64,000 nt of DNA. It comes from Priapulus caudatus. Lineage: Eukaryota. The notes under the pieces are model-generated. The model did no database searches. It worked only from the letters and a program-made list of their open reading frames with translations, and had not been told where the DNA came from. Position numbers and translations under genes: made by a program. Each line of letters begins with the position of its first letter. Position 1 is the first letter of the stretch. Location: assembly GCF_000485595.1 (NCBI RefSeq), contig NW_014577092.1, forward strand, positions 191,952-255,951. The letters run 5' to 3'. Below are positions 1 to 11,913 of this stretch, piece by piece.

Positions 1-1766
1 CTCTGTCCGGCTGTTTTACATAGAGCCAATATACAAGCCGCCGCAAGGCAAGCGTAAACTAATCACAAATAAAATTCGCCGATTGAGTGGGAGAAAGCGT
101 TCGTTCGGAGCCGTAATGAAATTTCATTACGCAGAACAATCTCACATACGGCCAAGTGCATTTCAACATCGAATGCCCCGTAATTGCAAATGACGCTATC
201 ACTATCGCAGCGCCATCCAGTGGTCGGGTAGCGAACGACAATGTCGACGATAGACTGTTTTTTTCGTGTATATTTTTGTTGTCATTATTTGTCATAGATG
301 ATGCATTGTGGTGACGTGTGTGTTTGCGTGCGTGTGTGTGTGTGTGTGCGTGCGTGTGTGTGTGTGCGTGTATGTGTGTGTGCATGTGTGTGTGCATGCG
401 CGCGCGTAAGTGGTGCCTGTCTGTCGGTCTGTATGTCTGTTTGTATGTGTGTAAGCTCAGTTCGGCGGCACGTAACGTAAAGACGATAAGCTCCAGTGAG
501 TATGCATGCGACATCGCAACGATTTTATTAGCATGTCAAGAATTTTCATCGCCCATAAGTCATCTTCTCAAGAGCTAGTAAGTACAGCAACTCGTCGACA
601 ATACGTGTCCAGCAACCAGTTTTCGGGTCTCAGTTCCGGGCGCATTGCCATTGCCAGCGATACCATTAAGTAGACATTACATACACGCACGGACGCACGC
701 ACACACGCACGCACGCACAGGCACGCACGCACGCAAGTATACCGCGATCGAAATTTATCATTTTAAATTAGATTAAATTAATTAAGCTCGCAATTAGCGC
801 GATGATTATTGCAAATTAATGCAATTTTAATTTTTCAAGCAACACACGGGGCTTACGTTGGAGATTACTTACGCATCTGCCTCCGTGCGCATCGGAGCCT
901 GTGGCGAGTGAAGAAATTAACAAATTGAAGAGCTACGTCTTTTAGCACATGTGCAATTACGCATCGCAATCACTGCTGCGCGATAGAGTGTTACAATGTC
1001 GGCGACTCCTGCCCAATTCCGAATCTAATTAGTCAAATTTGAACTATCGGCCGGAAGAAAATAGCGAACTCAAATTTTATGCGCTTAAATTTCTGCGCAT
1101 TTTCTGCTCTTCTTTCAAGTATTTTCTTTCCTAGAGCGCTTATAATATGTTGAGGTTAATAAAAATACAAGCTAAAGGGTTGCTTATTGCATTAAAATAT
1201 CCATACACTAACCAATTCTATTCCTGCCGGAGATGAAACATTATCGAGTTCTTTTCGTTAGTAAAGGGCAATTAACGGGATGTAAAACAATTAGGCGAAA
1301 TATGTTTATCCGCGACTGCTAAAAAATTTAAAATTCTACTCTAATGCTTATAAATACAATCGATACGATAATATAAGGCGGTAGTCCTGATGAGTTTTAG
1401 CTCATTTACATTAAACACTCGCATCGCTACGGCAAAAGCGTTGTGGAAAGCAATTAGACGAGCGCCGGCTAATAAAATGAAATTACGATAAAACTCTGTC
1501 GAACCAGGAGTGCTAGAGCGCTCACTGCAGACACACAGATGCTGCGTATGAACGCCGTTGATGTAGTCAACGCGTGCAATCTCCGCGCTCTCCTAACATT
1601 AACGACAACTTCATCAGTGCATCGTTCACCGTATCGTCATCGTCACCGCTGCCGCCGCCCATGAAGAGCGAGTACGATTTACACAGGCGGTGTAATTTGA
1701 ACAGCGATAAAAGCGGACATAACTGTCAAGCCACTACCGCTTGCTTGTTGCGTGCGCGAACGCTGC

Positions 1767-1818
<52 letters not shown>

Positions 1819-1821
<3 letters not shown>

Positions 1822-3650
1822 TATGTATGTATGTATGTATGTATGTATGTATGTATGTATGTATGTATGTATGTATGAACGGGAACCTTTCTATCGGTAT
1901 TTCCCTTTTTATTTTTTGATAGTTTCCCACCGGTAATTTCACTTTACCGGGAGATTTTGTTCCGGAGCTTCCAGGCTGATTCTAAGTAATGTTTAACCTG
2001 CTCTACCCAATCCCCATAACATCTATGTTCATTTAGCCCCAATATGGTGAGCATCACCTGCCTTTCCTCCAGCTGTGCAGGGGTGACCCCCAGTTCTTGA
2101 AGCCTGTCCCACATGATCTTCCTTAGGTGTTTGTATGCCGGGCAAACTAACAAGAAATGCTTAAGGTCTTCTGGTTCTCCCTTATTGCACACAGTGCAAT
2201 TTTCTTCCCGTAACCATCTCCTGGTTCTTTTATTTACGGGGAGGCATCCCGCGCTACATTGGTACAGCAGCTTACTGCCGATTTTATTATTATTGTAAAA
2301 GGTTTCTTGTTTAGGAAATGTTTTCCCTTTATATAGCTCTAGTGTGCTTTTGTTTACCATCCCCTTTCTCCATCTGACTGTGCTGCCTTTTATAATGATT
2401 TTCTCCACCGTATTGTTCAATGTTTCGCTGTTTTCCCAGTCTCTATTTATCAATAGCTGTTCTTTGTCATACTTTCCCCCCCAGGAATTTTACTCGTCTA
2501 TTCCAATCCGACGTAAAATTTCCTGCACTGATAGCTTCCGCTATTCCCCTGCATTTCCTCTCTTCCTCCATATAATTTAATCTCCCTAAATATTTAAGTT
2601 TGCTCTTCACTTCTCTATCCTCAAACGTGGACCACCCAAGCTCCCCCCCTTATTGTTTCAATACCCGCATAAGGTGGGGGCACCTAACAGTTCCCTGCCA
2701 AGCTGGTTTTGGGTATTTTCAAGAGCTTGGAGAGTGCCTGTTCCCTTTTTCTTATCCTTATATATGATTATGTCATTTCCATAGGTTAGGGCAGGTACTG
2801 CTACTGTCTTCCACAATTCTCTCCCTACCCAGTAACTGCTGCAGCTATAGTATGCCTTCGCTGGTATTATCCCTCGGTATTTCCTTGCCTTTACTCGCAC
2901 TTCACCCTCATGTAGTTCGACACAGTTTTCTATGTTATTGTTTATTTTAATTCCTAGGTATGTGTATTCGTTAACGGTTTCGAGACTTAGCCTCCCTAGT
3001 TTGAAATTTACATCCTCCTATTCCGCCTTATTATTAATAAAAATCATGACTTGAGTCTTGTCTTCGCCGTATATCATTTTGTAGTCTTCTGCAAAGCCTG
3101 CCGCCACATCTAGTAATTCCTGCAGTTCCCTTTTATTATCTGCTATCAAGACCACATCATCAGCATACAGCATCCCTGTGGTTCTTTCCCTCCCTACACC
3201 TAGTTCTTCATTTTGCCTTTCTAGTCTGCGAGATAGCTCTCGTATATATAGATGGCAAAGAGCAACGGTGATAATAAGCATCCTTGTTTGACCCCTCTCG
3301 TGAATTTAACCCAACCTGATTCATATGGGCCTAGGCTAGTCTTAGACTCATTTCCCTCGTACATGGCCTCTATTAGCCAGCTAAATTTGTCCCCTAACCC
3401 AACTCTTCTGAGTTCACGTAGTCGTTTCCTTCTATCTATCCAGTCGTTTGCTTTTTTAAAGTCTAGGAAAGCCACATACAGGGTTGATTTCCTGTATTTT
3501 GCCCTCTGTATGCTTTGGGTCAGAATATAAATGTTGTCACTAGCACGGCTGTCCCTGCTGAAGCCATTTTAGAGTTTCCCTAAAAATCCGGAGTCTTCCA
3601 GCAAGTTTTCTAGGCGAGTCCTAAGGATTCCTGCGAATATTTTACCCACA
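1819..3650 (-). mobile_element. 5'-truncated, decayed non-LTR retrotransposon (LINE; RTE/RTE-X-like ORF2 3' half) with 3' UTR and (CATA)n tail
   Basis: Minus-strand translation gives RT motifs in order: GKIFAGILRTRLENLL..KL*NGF..DNIYIL, AFLDFKKA, GVKQGCLLSPLLF, MLYADDVVLIAD, EYTYLG, WKTVAVPALTYG. A C-x2-C-x9-H-x4-C motif (CTVCNKGEPEDLKHFLLVC) follows, then the stop at 1944, a ~65-nt UTR and a (CATA)n tail at 1819-1877. No endonuclease domain is present. The clade call is tentative, from motif style only. Confidence 0.93.
1944..3650 (-). pseudogene. Disrupted reverse transcriptase ORF2 of the LINE
   Basis: The reading frame is split over ORFs 3221-3475, 3018-3281, 2658-2900 and 1944-2453. There is a frameshift in a TA run near 3245 and in-frame stops at ~3570 and 3018. 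Confidence 0.9.
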
Positions 3651-4295
3651 TGTAGAGATGCCTTACTAAAAGAGCCTTAACAGGCCATGATTACGCTGCA
3701 AAATAGCCAATCAAATATTCCGCATAAATATGGAGATGGATAATACAGTCACCAAACCAACTGCTTATTAGTGTTTAACAAAAATCAGCAATCCATCAAA
3801 GAAAGCCCTTCTATGTCACAGCAATCTAAAAAGTGTAAATCGCAGTTGACAAATTACCAAAGTGTATGAGGTATGAAATAACTTTGTAAACCCAACGGCA
3901 GATACTCGCTGAGCAGCCGAGATAATTCAGTCATTAGCTTTGTGCTCAAGCAAACAATTATAGTTGCAACAAATAGCAACAATTAGCAACAAACATCAAC
4001 AAATAGTCTGAGTATACACTCGCCATTAACCCCAACACTAACTATAACCCCGCGCGGGATCATGTAACTACGTAAATGAAAATCGTGCACGCAAAATATT
4101 ATAAAATAAGTTTAATACATATGAATTACAGAGAGAAGCTCGGGTCCCGTCAGACGCCTGTGGTTGGCGCCGTTCGTGCGTCGACCCCCCCCCCAAAAAA
4201 GAAATTATATACATAACGGAGCGTGCATTTCTAAGTCAGAATGTTCGTAAGTCTAATGGCCGACTCTCTCACACGGTATACAATTCGTTCAGCAC

Positions 4296-4643
4296 CAGGG
4301 CTACGTCTCGGTGCACCTGGGGGCGGGGGGGGGGCGGACAAACGATTCTTAAGTCGAAATTTTTCTGATGAGTCATAGGACAAACGCTTGGACTATGACT
4401 CGTCTGATATGACTAATCGTCATTCTGACAACGCTGCCTGCCTCCTTGGCAACACGGGCGCAAGACTTATGGATAGTAAAGTAACATGGATGCCTGTCAC
4501 CATCGGTACCCACCGAATACCCACCCAAGATACCCAAGATCCCGCTCAAACCCTTAGCTCTGACCCCCCCCCCCCCCCCGTAACACCGACTTCTTTCTCC
4601 GTAAAAACACGCGTCTCGGTGGTAACGCAGACGCCTATCCCTG
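4296..4643. mobile_element. Possible degenerate MITE with CAGGG...CCCTG termini
   Basis: The left end CAGGGCTACGTCT and right end AGACGCCTATCCCTG are imperfect inverted repeats. A subterminal G-run (4319-4336) is mirrored by a C-run (4565-4579). No target-site duplication was found. Confidence 0.35.
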
Positions 4644-5111
4644 TGGAAACATTGACGCGAATCCGAGAACGTCCCCTTGCCGCGCATTTTCTTACTCAAG
4701 ATTTGCCCCGTGTGCATATAATAATATATTCTCACGCGTGCGCGGAAAAAACACAGGACCATCGATTTCGCTTGTCCGCGGCGGCAAAATTAGCGTCAAC
4801 GCGGTTTTGCCGTAATGCATGCATTTATATCGCGCTGCGCTGTGATAATGACAATAATACATCATGTCAGACGAAGAATTACGTGGCCTAGAGCGGCAGC
4901 GCACAAGTGCGGACATGATGGATCGCCTTATGAATTTCTGACAGCGATTGGTCGTCGAGCAATCATATTACGGCTGGAGTAAATGAGAACATTACGGGCT
5001 TTATTTACAGCTCGGACAGCTTACGCGTTCAAGAACTCAACCACTGACGCACATACACACAGACGCGCGCGCGCACACACACACACACACGTGTGTGTAT
5101 ATATATGTGTT

Positions 5112-5153
<42 letters not shown>

Positions 5154-5279
5154 CGCTGCGTGCGTGAGTGCGTGCAGAATGGACGTTGTGTGTGCGTTGG
5201 GGTTGTGTGAATGTGTCTAATGTGCGTGGTGAGAACCTTGTTGTGCGTGTAGTGTGTGTCGTTGCATGTGTGTGTGCTA

Positions 5280-6630
5280 TGCGCGCCGGTTAGTGGTGCT
5301 GTCTGTCGGCTGTATTGTCTCGATTTGTCGTGTGTTAGCTCAGTTCGGCGGCACGTCTAAGACGAAAGCTCAGTGAGTTGCTTTGCGAATCGCCAACGAT
5401 GTTTATTGGCTGTCAAGTTTTCTCGCCATAAGTCATTATCCTCAAGGAGTTAGGTAGTTACGGCAACTCGTCGCAATACGTGTCCAGGAACCAGTTTTTC
5501 GGGTCTCAGTTCCGGGCGCATTGCATTGCCAGCGATACTATTAAGTAGCGTTACTACCGCACGGAGCACTCACACGCACGCACGGCAGGCGCACGCACGC
5601 AGTTCCGCGATCGGAGGTTTATTCATTTTTAATTAGATTATTAATTTAAGCTCGCAATTAGCGCGATGTTATTGCAATTAATGCATTTTTTATTTTTCAG
5701 CAACACACGGGGCTTTACGTTGGAGTTTTATTAGGGGGGGCAATTCTTGCTCCGTTGCGCATCGGGCTGTGGCGAGTGGAAGATTAAAAATTGAGAGTCG
5801 TCTTTTTAGCCATGTGCAATTAGCATCGCAATCACTGCCGCTGCGCGATAGCTGATTCTAATGTCGGCGATCCTGCCAAGTTCCGAATCTAAGTAGTCAT
5901 TTGAGCACTATCGGCCGGCAGACTAGCGAATCAATTTTACATGCGCTTAATTTCCGTGCACGCAGTTTTCTGCTCTTCTTTAAGTAGTTTTCTTTCTAGG
6001 AGGCTTATAATATGGTTGCGGGTTATACAAATACACGCTAAAGGGTTGCTTATTGCAATCTAATTCATACATAACCATTCTAGTTCCTGCCTGGGAGAAT
6101 TATCGATTTTTTGTTTGTCAAGAGGGCAATTCCGGCATGTAAAACCATTAGGCGAAATATGTTTTATTCCGCGACTGCTAAAAATTTAAAGTCTACTCTA
6201 TGACTTATAATACAAAACGTCGATATTAAGGCGGTAGTCCTGAGAGTTTTAGGTATTTATTAGACCTGCATGCTACGGCAAAGTGTTGTTGGAGCATTAG
6301 ACTCGGCGCCGGTATAAAATGAACAATTACTGATACTCTTGATCGCCAGGCGTGCTAGGCGTCACTGCAGACACACATGATGTGCGTATGAACGCCGTTG
6401 ATTGTAGGTCAAAGCTGCAATTCGCGTTCAACCTACATTAAGACACATTATATCAGTGATCGTTGCACGTTCTCATCGTCACCCGACTGCCGCCGCCATG
6501 AAGAGCGAGCTACGGATTTACCAGGCGGTGTATTTGAACCCCGATAGGCGGACATAAACTGTCAGCTAGCCGCTTGCTTGTTGCCCGTGCGGACGCTGCC
6601 CGTGGGTGTGTGTGTGTGTGTGTGTGTGTG
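5280..6630 (+). repeat. Indel-rich direct copy of ~400-1790
   Basis: Colinear throughout, e.g. CAGTTCGGCGGCACGT, GGGTCTCAGTTCCGGGCGCATTG and GCCGCCCATGAAGAGCGAG-like anchors. It has many 1-nt indels and is bounded by (GT)n on both sides. Confidence 0.95.
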
Positions 6631-6658
6631 TACGTGGTCGTGTGTCGGTGTGTGTGTG

Positions 6659-6761
<103 letters not shown>

Positions 6762-6986
6762 TGTGTGTCTGCTTGCGTGTATGCGCGCGTGTGTTCGCCA
6801 GAGATTTACGATGGCACGGCCCCATCATTACAACGTGCCTACTAATATCACACCTGGCTGCACTTTATGGCCCCATATAACCGACGCGTGAGACGTGAGC
6901 CTCCCACCACACCTCGCAGTTACGCGATGACAAGGGTACGCGGCGAGGCGCGCAGCGAGCATGAGGATGAGGAGGCTGAGGAGATG

Positions 6987-7168
6987 CTATAACACCGCGA
7001 TGGAGATGCCAGCCGCGGATACATGCAGGCTCGTGGCTCCGCGCTCTGCACGTATAATCATCAGGTGGGTGGAGAGAACACGATTTCCTAGATAGCCTAT
7101 TACATGCCGCGAAACAACCTCTCCCAGCCGCTCGGCACAGTCCGTGCGCATGTCGGTAAACATGCACG
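6987..7168 (-). CDS. Weak candidate terminal exon (phase 1): (A)CMFTDMRTDCAERLGEVVSRHVIGYLG...GATSLHVSAAGISIAVL*
   Basis: Pyrimidine-rich acceptor TTTGTGGCGTCCTTTCAG|CG, an open frame of 59 codons and a hydrophobic end. Its phase is compatible with exon 11769-11913. No homology recognised. Confidence 0.22.
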
Positions 7169-8307
7169 CTGAAAGGACGCCACAAAGGCGAAACTTGCGT
7201 TCTCTTAGTAGCGCTGTTGACAAATGGTCGTTTTTCAGGCGGCCCGCCGGCCCGTGAAATCAAGATATTGTGCGGCGGCATTTCGGCTAAGGTAACTGGC
7301 GGCCTCGGGGTGCAGCCCTTTGTAACGCGGACACATGAGGCTGGCGTGATGTAGCGTATATGTGCCAGCGTGTGTGTGTAGGTATGTGGTAGCCAGAAGC
7401 TACCGGCGAAGTGAGAGAGCGAGGACCAACCGGCGCGCTGCCTTGTGGGAACGGCAGACACGTACGTTACTTCGGCTGTGCAGAGTCGAGATATTGTGAG
7501 AATCTATCTAATCCCACACGCACGGGTTTGCGCAAGCTGCGTAACTCGGTTTATACGCGGTTGCGACAAAGCACCTTAACTATGCCTGCCCACACACGCG
7601 CGCGCATACGCACACACACGTTGTTATTTTACCACTAATATTGAAACCGACTTTTCGTGTTATTTCACCAGTAATACTGAAGCTGACCTTTTGAGTTATT
7701 TTGCGCGATAACATTTCTTTACAGTCCGACAGCAACTTCATTGGAGCGCTGTCAGATTCTAGAAAAAATCACGGACGCATTTATTAGACTAATGCTCCTT
7801 GTGACAGAAATTATGGTCAGAGAATTACTGTAATTCTGAGAAACGCCCCCTCATTCAGTCATTAAATATGAATCTTCCAAACACACAGAATTAAATCTTG
7901 TACTACATACGAAATCACAACAAACCTTAATCAGGATGCATATAAATTCAAACGAACGCATTTTATTGCCGGCGGCATCTCTCCATCTTGATCTCAAACG
8001 AGGCTGCATGAAGACGCGTCAATTAACAACGATGAAAATTTCCCTTCGACAACCCTCGCTTTAGCAAACACCGACAGACTACTATATCCATCTTATCGGT
8101 CGCGGGAATCTGAACAATCTGGTGTACTCAACCCAATCTGGTGAACCATGGGTAAGACTATATGCGTCTCTAGAGGTATATATGAGCTGTCATGCACCAG
8201 CGCCCGATGGGAGGCTCCGTACATTTCTGACGCATATATTCTTGCCAGGATTAGAAAGACTATATAGCCTTGTACATTTGCACCGGCACCACACAACACG
8301 ATGGCAT

Positions 8308-8441
<134 letters not shown>

Positions 8442-8952
8442 TGTGTGGGCGCGCGCGTGTTTGTGTTCGGCTGCTATCATAAGTCTATAATACTACACTA
8501 GTCGCTCAGGAAGCGTGAACTGGGGGCAAGCGGTCTGTTGAAACTTGCAACAAATAAGTGTCTTACTGAATATCCATAATGTTGGCATCGTTCAGATTAT
8601 GTAAGTAGTGCCAGCAAATGCGTTAACGCGTATTAACACACGATGCAGCCTCTGCGCCGCTCATCGCTCTGTAGAGAGCTACGGGCGCTCACTGTTTTTT
8701 CGCAGCCCGTACAGACGATGTGTTCGGGTAAGTGTAGGCGGAGATGGCAATCTGCCGCCCTGTCGCGCCGCGTTAGCGCGTCACACGATAACAGCTCAAG
8801 TTGCTGACCGGCGACAGAGAGAGAGAGAGAGAGCCGGAATGAGCGAGCCCTCTCTGAATGAACAGCTGAACTGTCGACAGAGGGCAGGTACAGTGTGAGT
8901 AAAGGCGGCAGCCTCTCTCACCCAAGCACGCACACAAAAACACACGCATTAC

Positions 8953-9014
8953 CGTGTCGGCGGCCCAAGTCCAGAGGAAAGAGTAGTAGGGTGGAAGAGA
9001 GCGCGCGAGCGGAT
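8953..9014 (-). CDS. Weak candidate internal exon (D)PLARSLPPYYSFLWTWAADT
   Basis: A T-tract then CATAG| acceptor (phase 1) and ACG|GTAATG donor (phase 0). Competing AGs just upstream weaken the call. Confidence 0.2.
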
Positions 9015-9133
9015 CTATGCTCTTGCAGTTGAGTATTAAAAAAAACAGCAACAAGGCGACACGGCGCCAATAAGGAGACGCCGAGATATGTGTGCCCGTG
9101 TATGTGTCCGTGTCCGTAGTGTGTGTGTGTGCG

Positions 9134-9228
<95 letters not shown>

Positions 9229-9999
9229 TGTGCGTGTATGTGTGCGTGCGTGCATGCGTCCGTGCGTCCGTGCGTGCGTGCGTTCGTGCGTTCGTGCGTT
9301 CGTGCGTTCGTGCGTTCGTGCGTTCGTGCGTGCGTGCTTTCCACCGTGATCCATAGTTCGTATTTTCTCACAACACGTAAAAACAGAGCGCCTAACTACC
9401 ACAGAGGAAACTACCACAAACATCCAACCGAAAAGACGTACATGTATATCGTTGTACTGACTCTGCCCTCTCTAGACTCTCGTCTAGATCGTCTAGCTTT
9501 TCCCTGCGGTGCGTGATTCGTCATTGTTTTCGACTCGACATTATTTCGAGATGAACTAATTTCGACGCTTTAACTGCACGCGAAAACAACGCAGTTTCCG
9601 CTTGCCTCTACCAATTGAGTACCAATTTTCCGCATGTTTATTCAAATGATACCATCTAGCATTACGTTGTCAGACGCAACGTGGGACGCTAATGCTGTCT
9701 GGCAAGCTATATTTGCTGATATTAAATGCATAGGGAGAAACGCAGCGCGTGTGCAGAGAAAGAGAGACGCACACACGCACGCGCGGGTGCACGTCCACGC
9801 ACACGCACACGCACACGCTCATCCACGGAAGCAAAAGCACACAGGCACACGCGCGCATACACGCACGCACGCACACACAAACACACACGCGCTCCAAAGA
9901 CAACGGATGTCGTTATTCACAAACAACCGCGCTAACAAATAAAGGAACGGTGTTGTTTACGCGTGTTTATGCGACGGTGTTATACGGTCATGCGTCATG

Positions 10000-10160
10000 A
10001 ATCCGTATGAAACAGGACAACCTCGGTTCGTACTAAACAGGCCAGAAAACCTCAACATCGCTGCTGGTGGTGACCACATGTCGGCCAGAAGCACTAAGAG
10101 TGCGAGCCTGAGATGGACCGGGATCGAAACTATAAGCATCACAGCTAGGCCGTACGGTTC
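10000..10160 (-). mobile_element. Possible degenerate tRNA-derived SINE head
   Basis: The minus strand has an A-box-like GGCCTAGCTGTG followed by a B-box-like GTTTCGATCCCGG. The spacing is short and no tail or TSD is seen. Confidence 0.2.
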
Positions 10161-10427
10161 TCTGCCCTCCTATCTCTATCTATCTATCTCGCTCTCGCTC
10201 TCGCTCTCTCGCTCGCTCGCTCGCTCTCTCTCTCTCTCTCCCTCTATCTTTCTCTCTCACTGTCTATCTCTGTCTATCACTCTCTCACTCCTCTATCTCT
10301 GTCTATCTCTCTCTCTCTCTTTCTCTCTCGCTCTCTTTTTCTCTTTCTCTCTGTCTCTCTCACTCTACGCGAAATAGCTTTCCCGATGCTCAACGTTAAT
10401 TGAATTCGACGAGTCCGTACTGATTTT

Positions 10428-10716
<289 letters not shown>

Positions 10717-11675
10717 NNNNNNNNNNNNNNNNNNNNNNNNNNNNNNNNNNNNNNNNNNNNNNNNNNNNNNNNNNNNNNNNNNNNNNNNNNNNNNNNNNNN
10801 NNNNNNNNNNNNNNNNNNNNNNNNNNNNNNNNNNNNNNNNNNNNNNNNNNNNNNNNNNNNNNNNNNNNNNNNNNNNNNNNNNNNNNNNNNNNNNNNNNNN
10901 NNNNNNNNNNNNNNNNNNNNNNNNNNNNNNNNNNNNNNNNNNNNNNNNNNNNNNNNNNNNNNNNNNNNNNNNNNNNNNNNNNNNNNNNNNNNNNNNNNNN
11001 NNNNNNNNNNNNNNNNNNNNNNNNNNNNNNNNNNNNNNNNNNNNNNNNNNNNNNNNNNNNNNNNNNNNNNNNNNNNNNNNNNNNNNNNNNNNNNNNNNNN
11101 NNNNNNNNNNNNNNNNNNNNNNNNNNNNNNNNNNNNNNNNNNNNNNNNNNNNNNNNNNNNNNNNNNNNNNNNNNNNNNNNNNNNNNNNNNNNNNNNNNNN
11201 NNNNNNNNNNNNNNNNNNNNNNNNNNNNNNNNNNNNNNNNNNNNNNNNNNNNNNNNNNNNNNNNNNNNNNNNNNNNNNNNNNNNNNNNNNNNNNNNNNNN
11301 NNNNNNNNNNNNNNNNNNNNNNNNNNNNNNNNNNNNNNNNNNNNNNNNNNNNNNNNNNNNNNNNNNNNNNNNNNNNNNNNNNNNNNNNNNNNNNNNNNNN
11401 NNNNNNNNNNNNNNNNNNNNNNNNNNNNNNNNNNNNNNNNNNNNNNNNNNNNNNNNNNNNNNNNNNNNNNNNNNNNNNNNNNNNNNNNNNNNNNNNNNNN
11501 NNNNNNNNNNNNNNNNNNNNNNNNNNNNNNNNNNNNNNNNNNNNNNNNNNNNNNNNNNNNNNNNNNNNNNNNNNNNNNNNNNNNNNNNNNNNNNNNNNNN
11601 NNNNNNNNNNNNNNNNNNNNNNNNNNNNNNNNNNNNNNNNNNNNNNNNNNNNNNNNNNNNNNNNNNNNNNNNNNN
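10717..11675. other. Assembly gap (other gaps: 18480-18545, 20027-20673, 40080-40089, 53867-53891)
   Basis: N runs, each abutting a microsatellite or low-complexity tract. Confidence 0.99.
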
Positions 11676-11768
11676 CTCTCTCTCTCCCTCTCTCACTTCG
11701 TCTCTTCATCATTCCTCTTCTACCTCCCTCCTCTCCTACCCCATCCCTCTCTCCCTCTTTCTCCTTAC

Positions 11769-11913
11769 CTGTGATATTCTCCTCGGTATGATTCGCGATT
11801 AACTCCTCCGCTTGCGTATCGTTGTGCGTCGACTCGGCGACAACAACATGGCCACCGATCGCCGACGCCAACAGACGCCCGGTGACGACTAACACGAGCG
11901 CCGACCACAGCAT
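11769..11913 (-). CDS. Candidate first coding exon of a secreted or cell-surface glycoprotein: MLWSALVLVVTGRLLASAIGGHVVVAESTHNDTQAEELIANHTEENIT(G)
   Basis: ATG at 11913 and a signal-peptide-like hydrophobic N-terminus ending in small residues (ASAIGG). Three N-x-T sequons (NDT, NHT, NIT). It ends at a near-consensus donor CAG|GTAAGG in phase 1 (145 nt = 48 codons + 1). A CpG-rich leader-like region with CTG repeats lies upstream. Confidence 0.6.
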
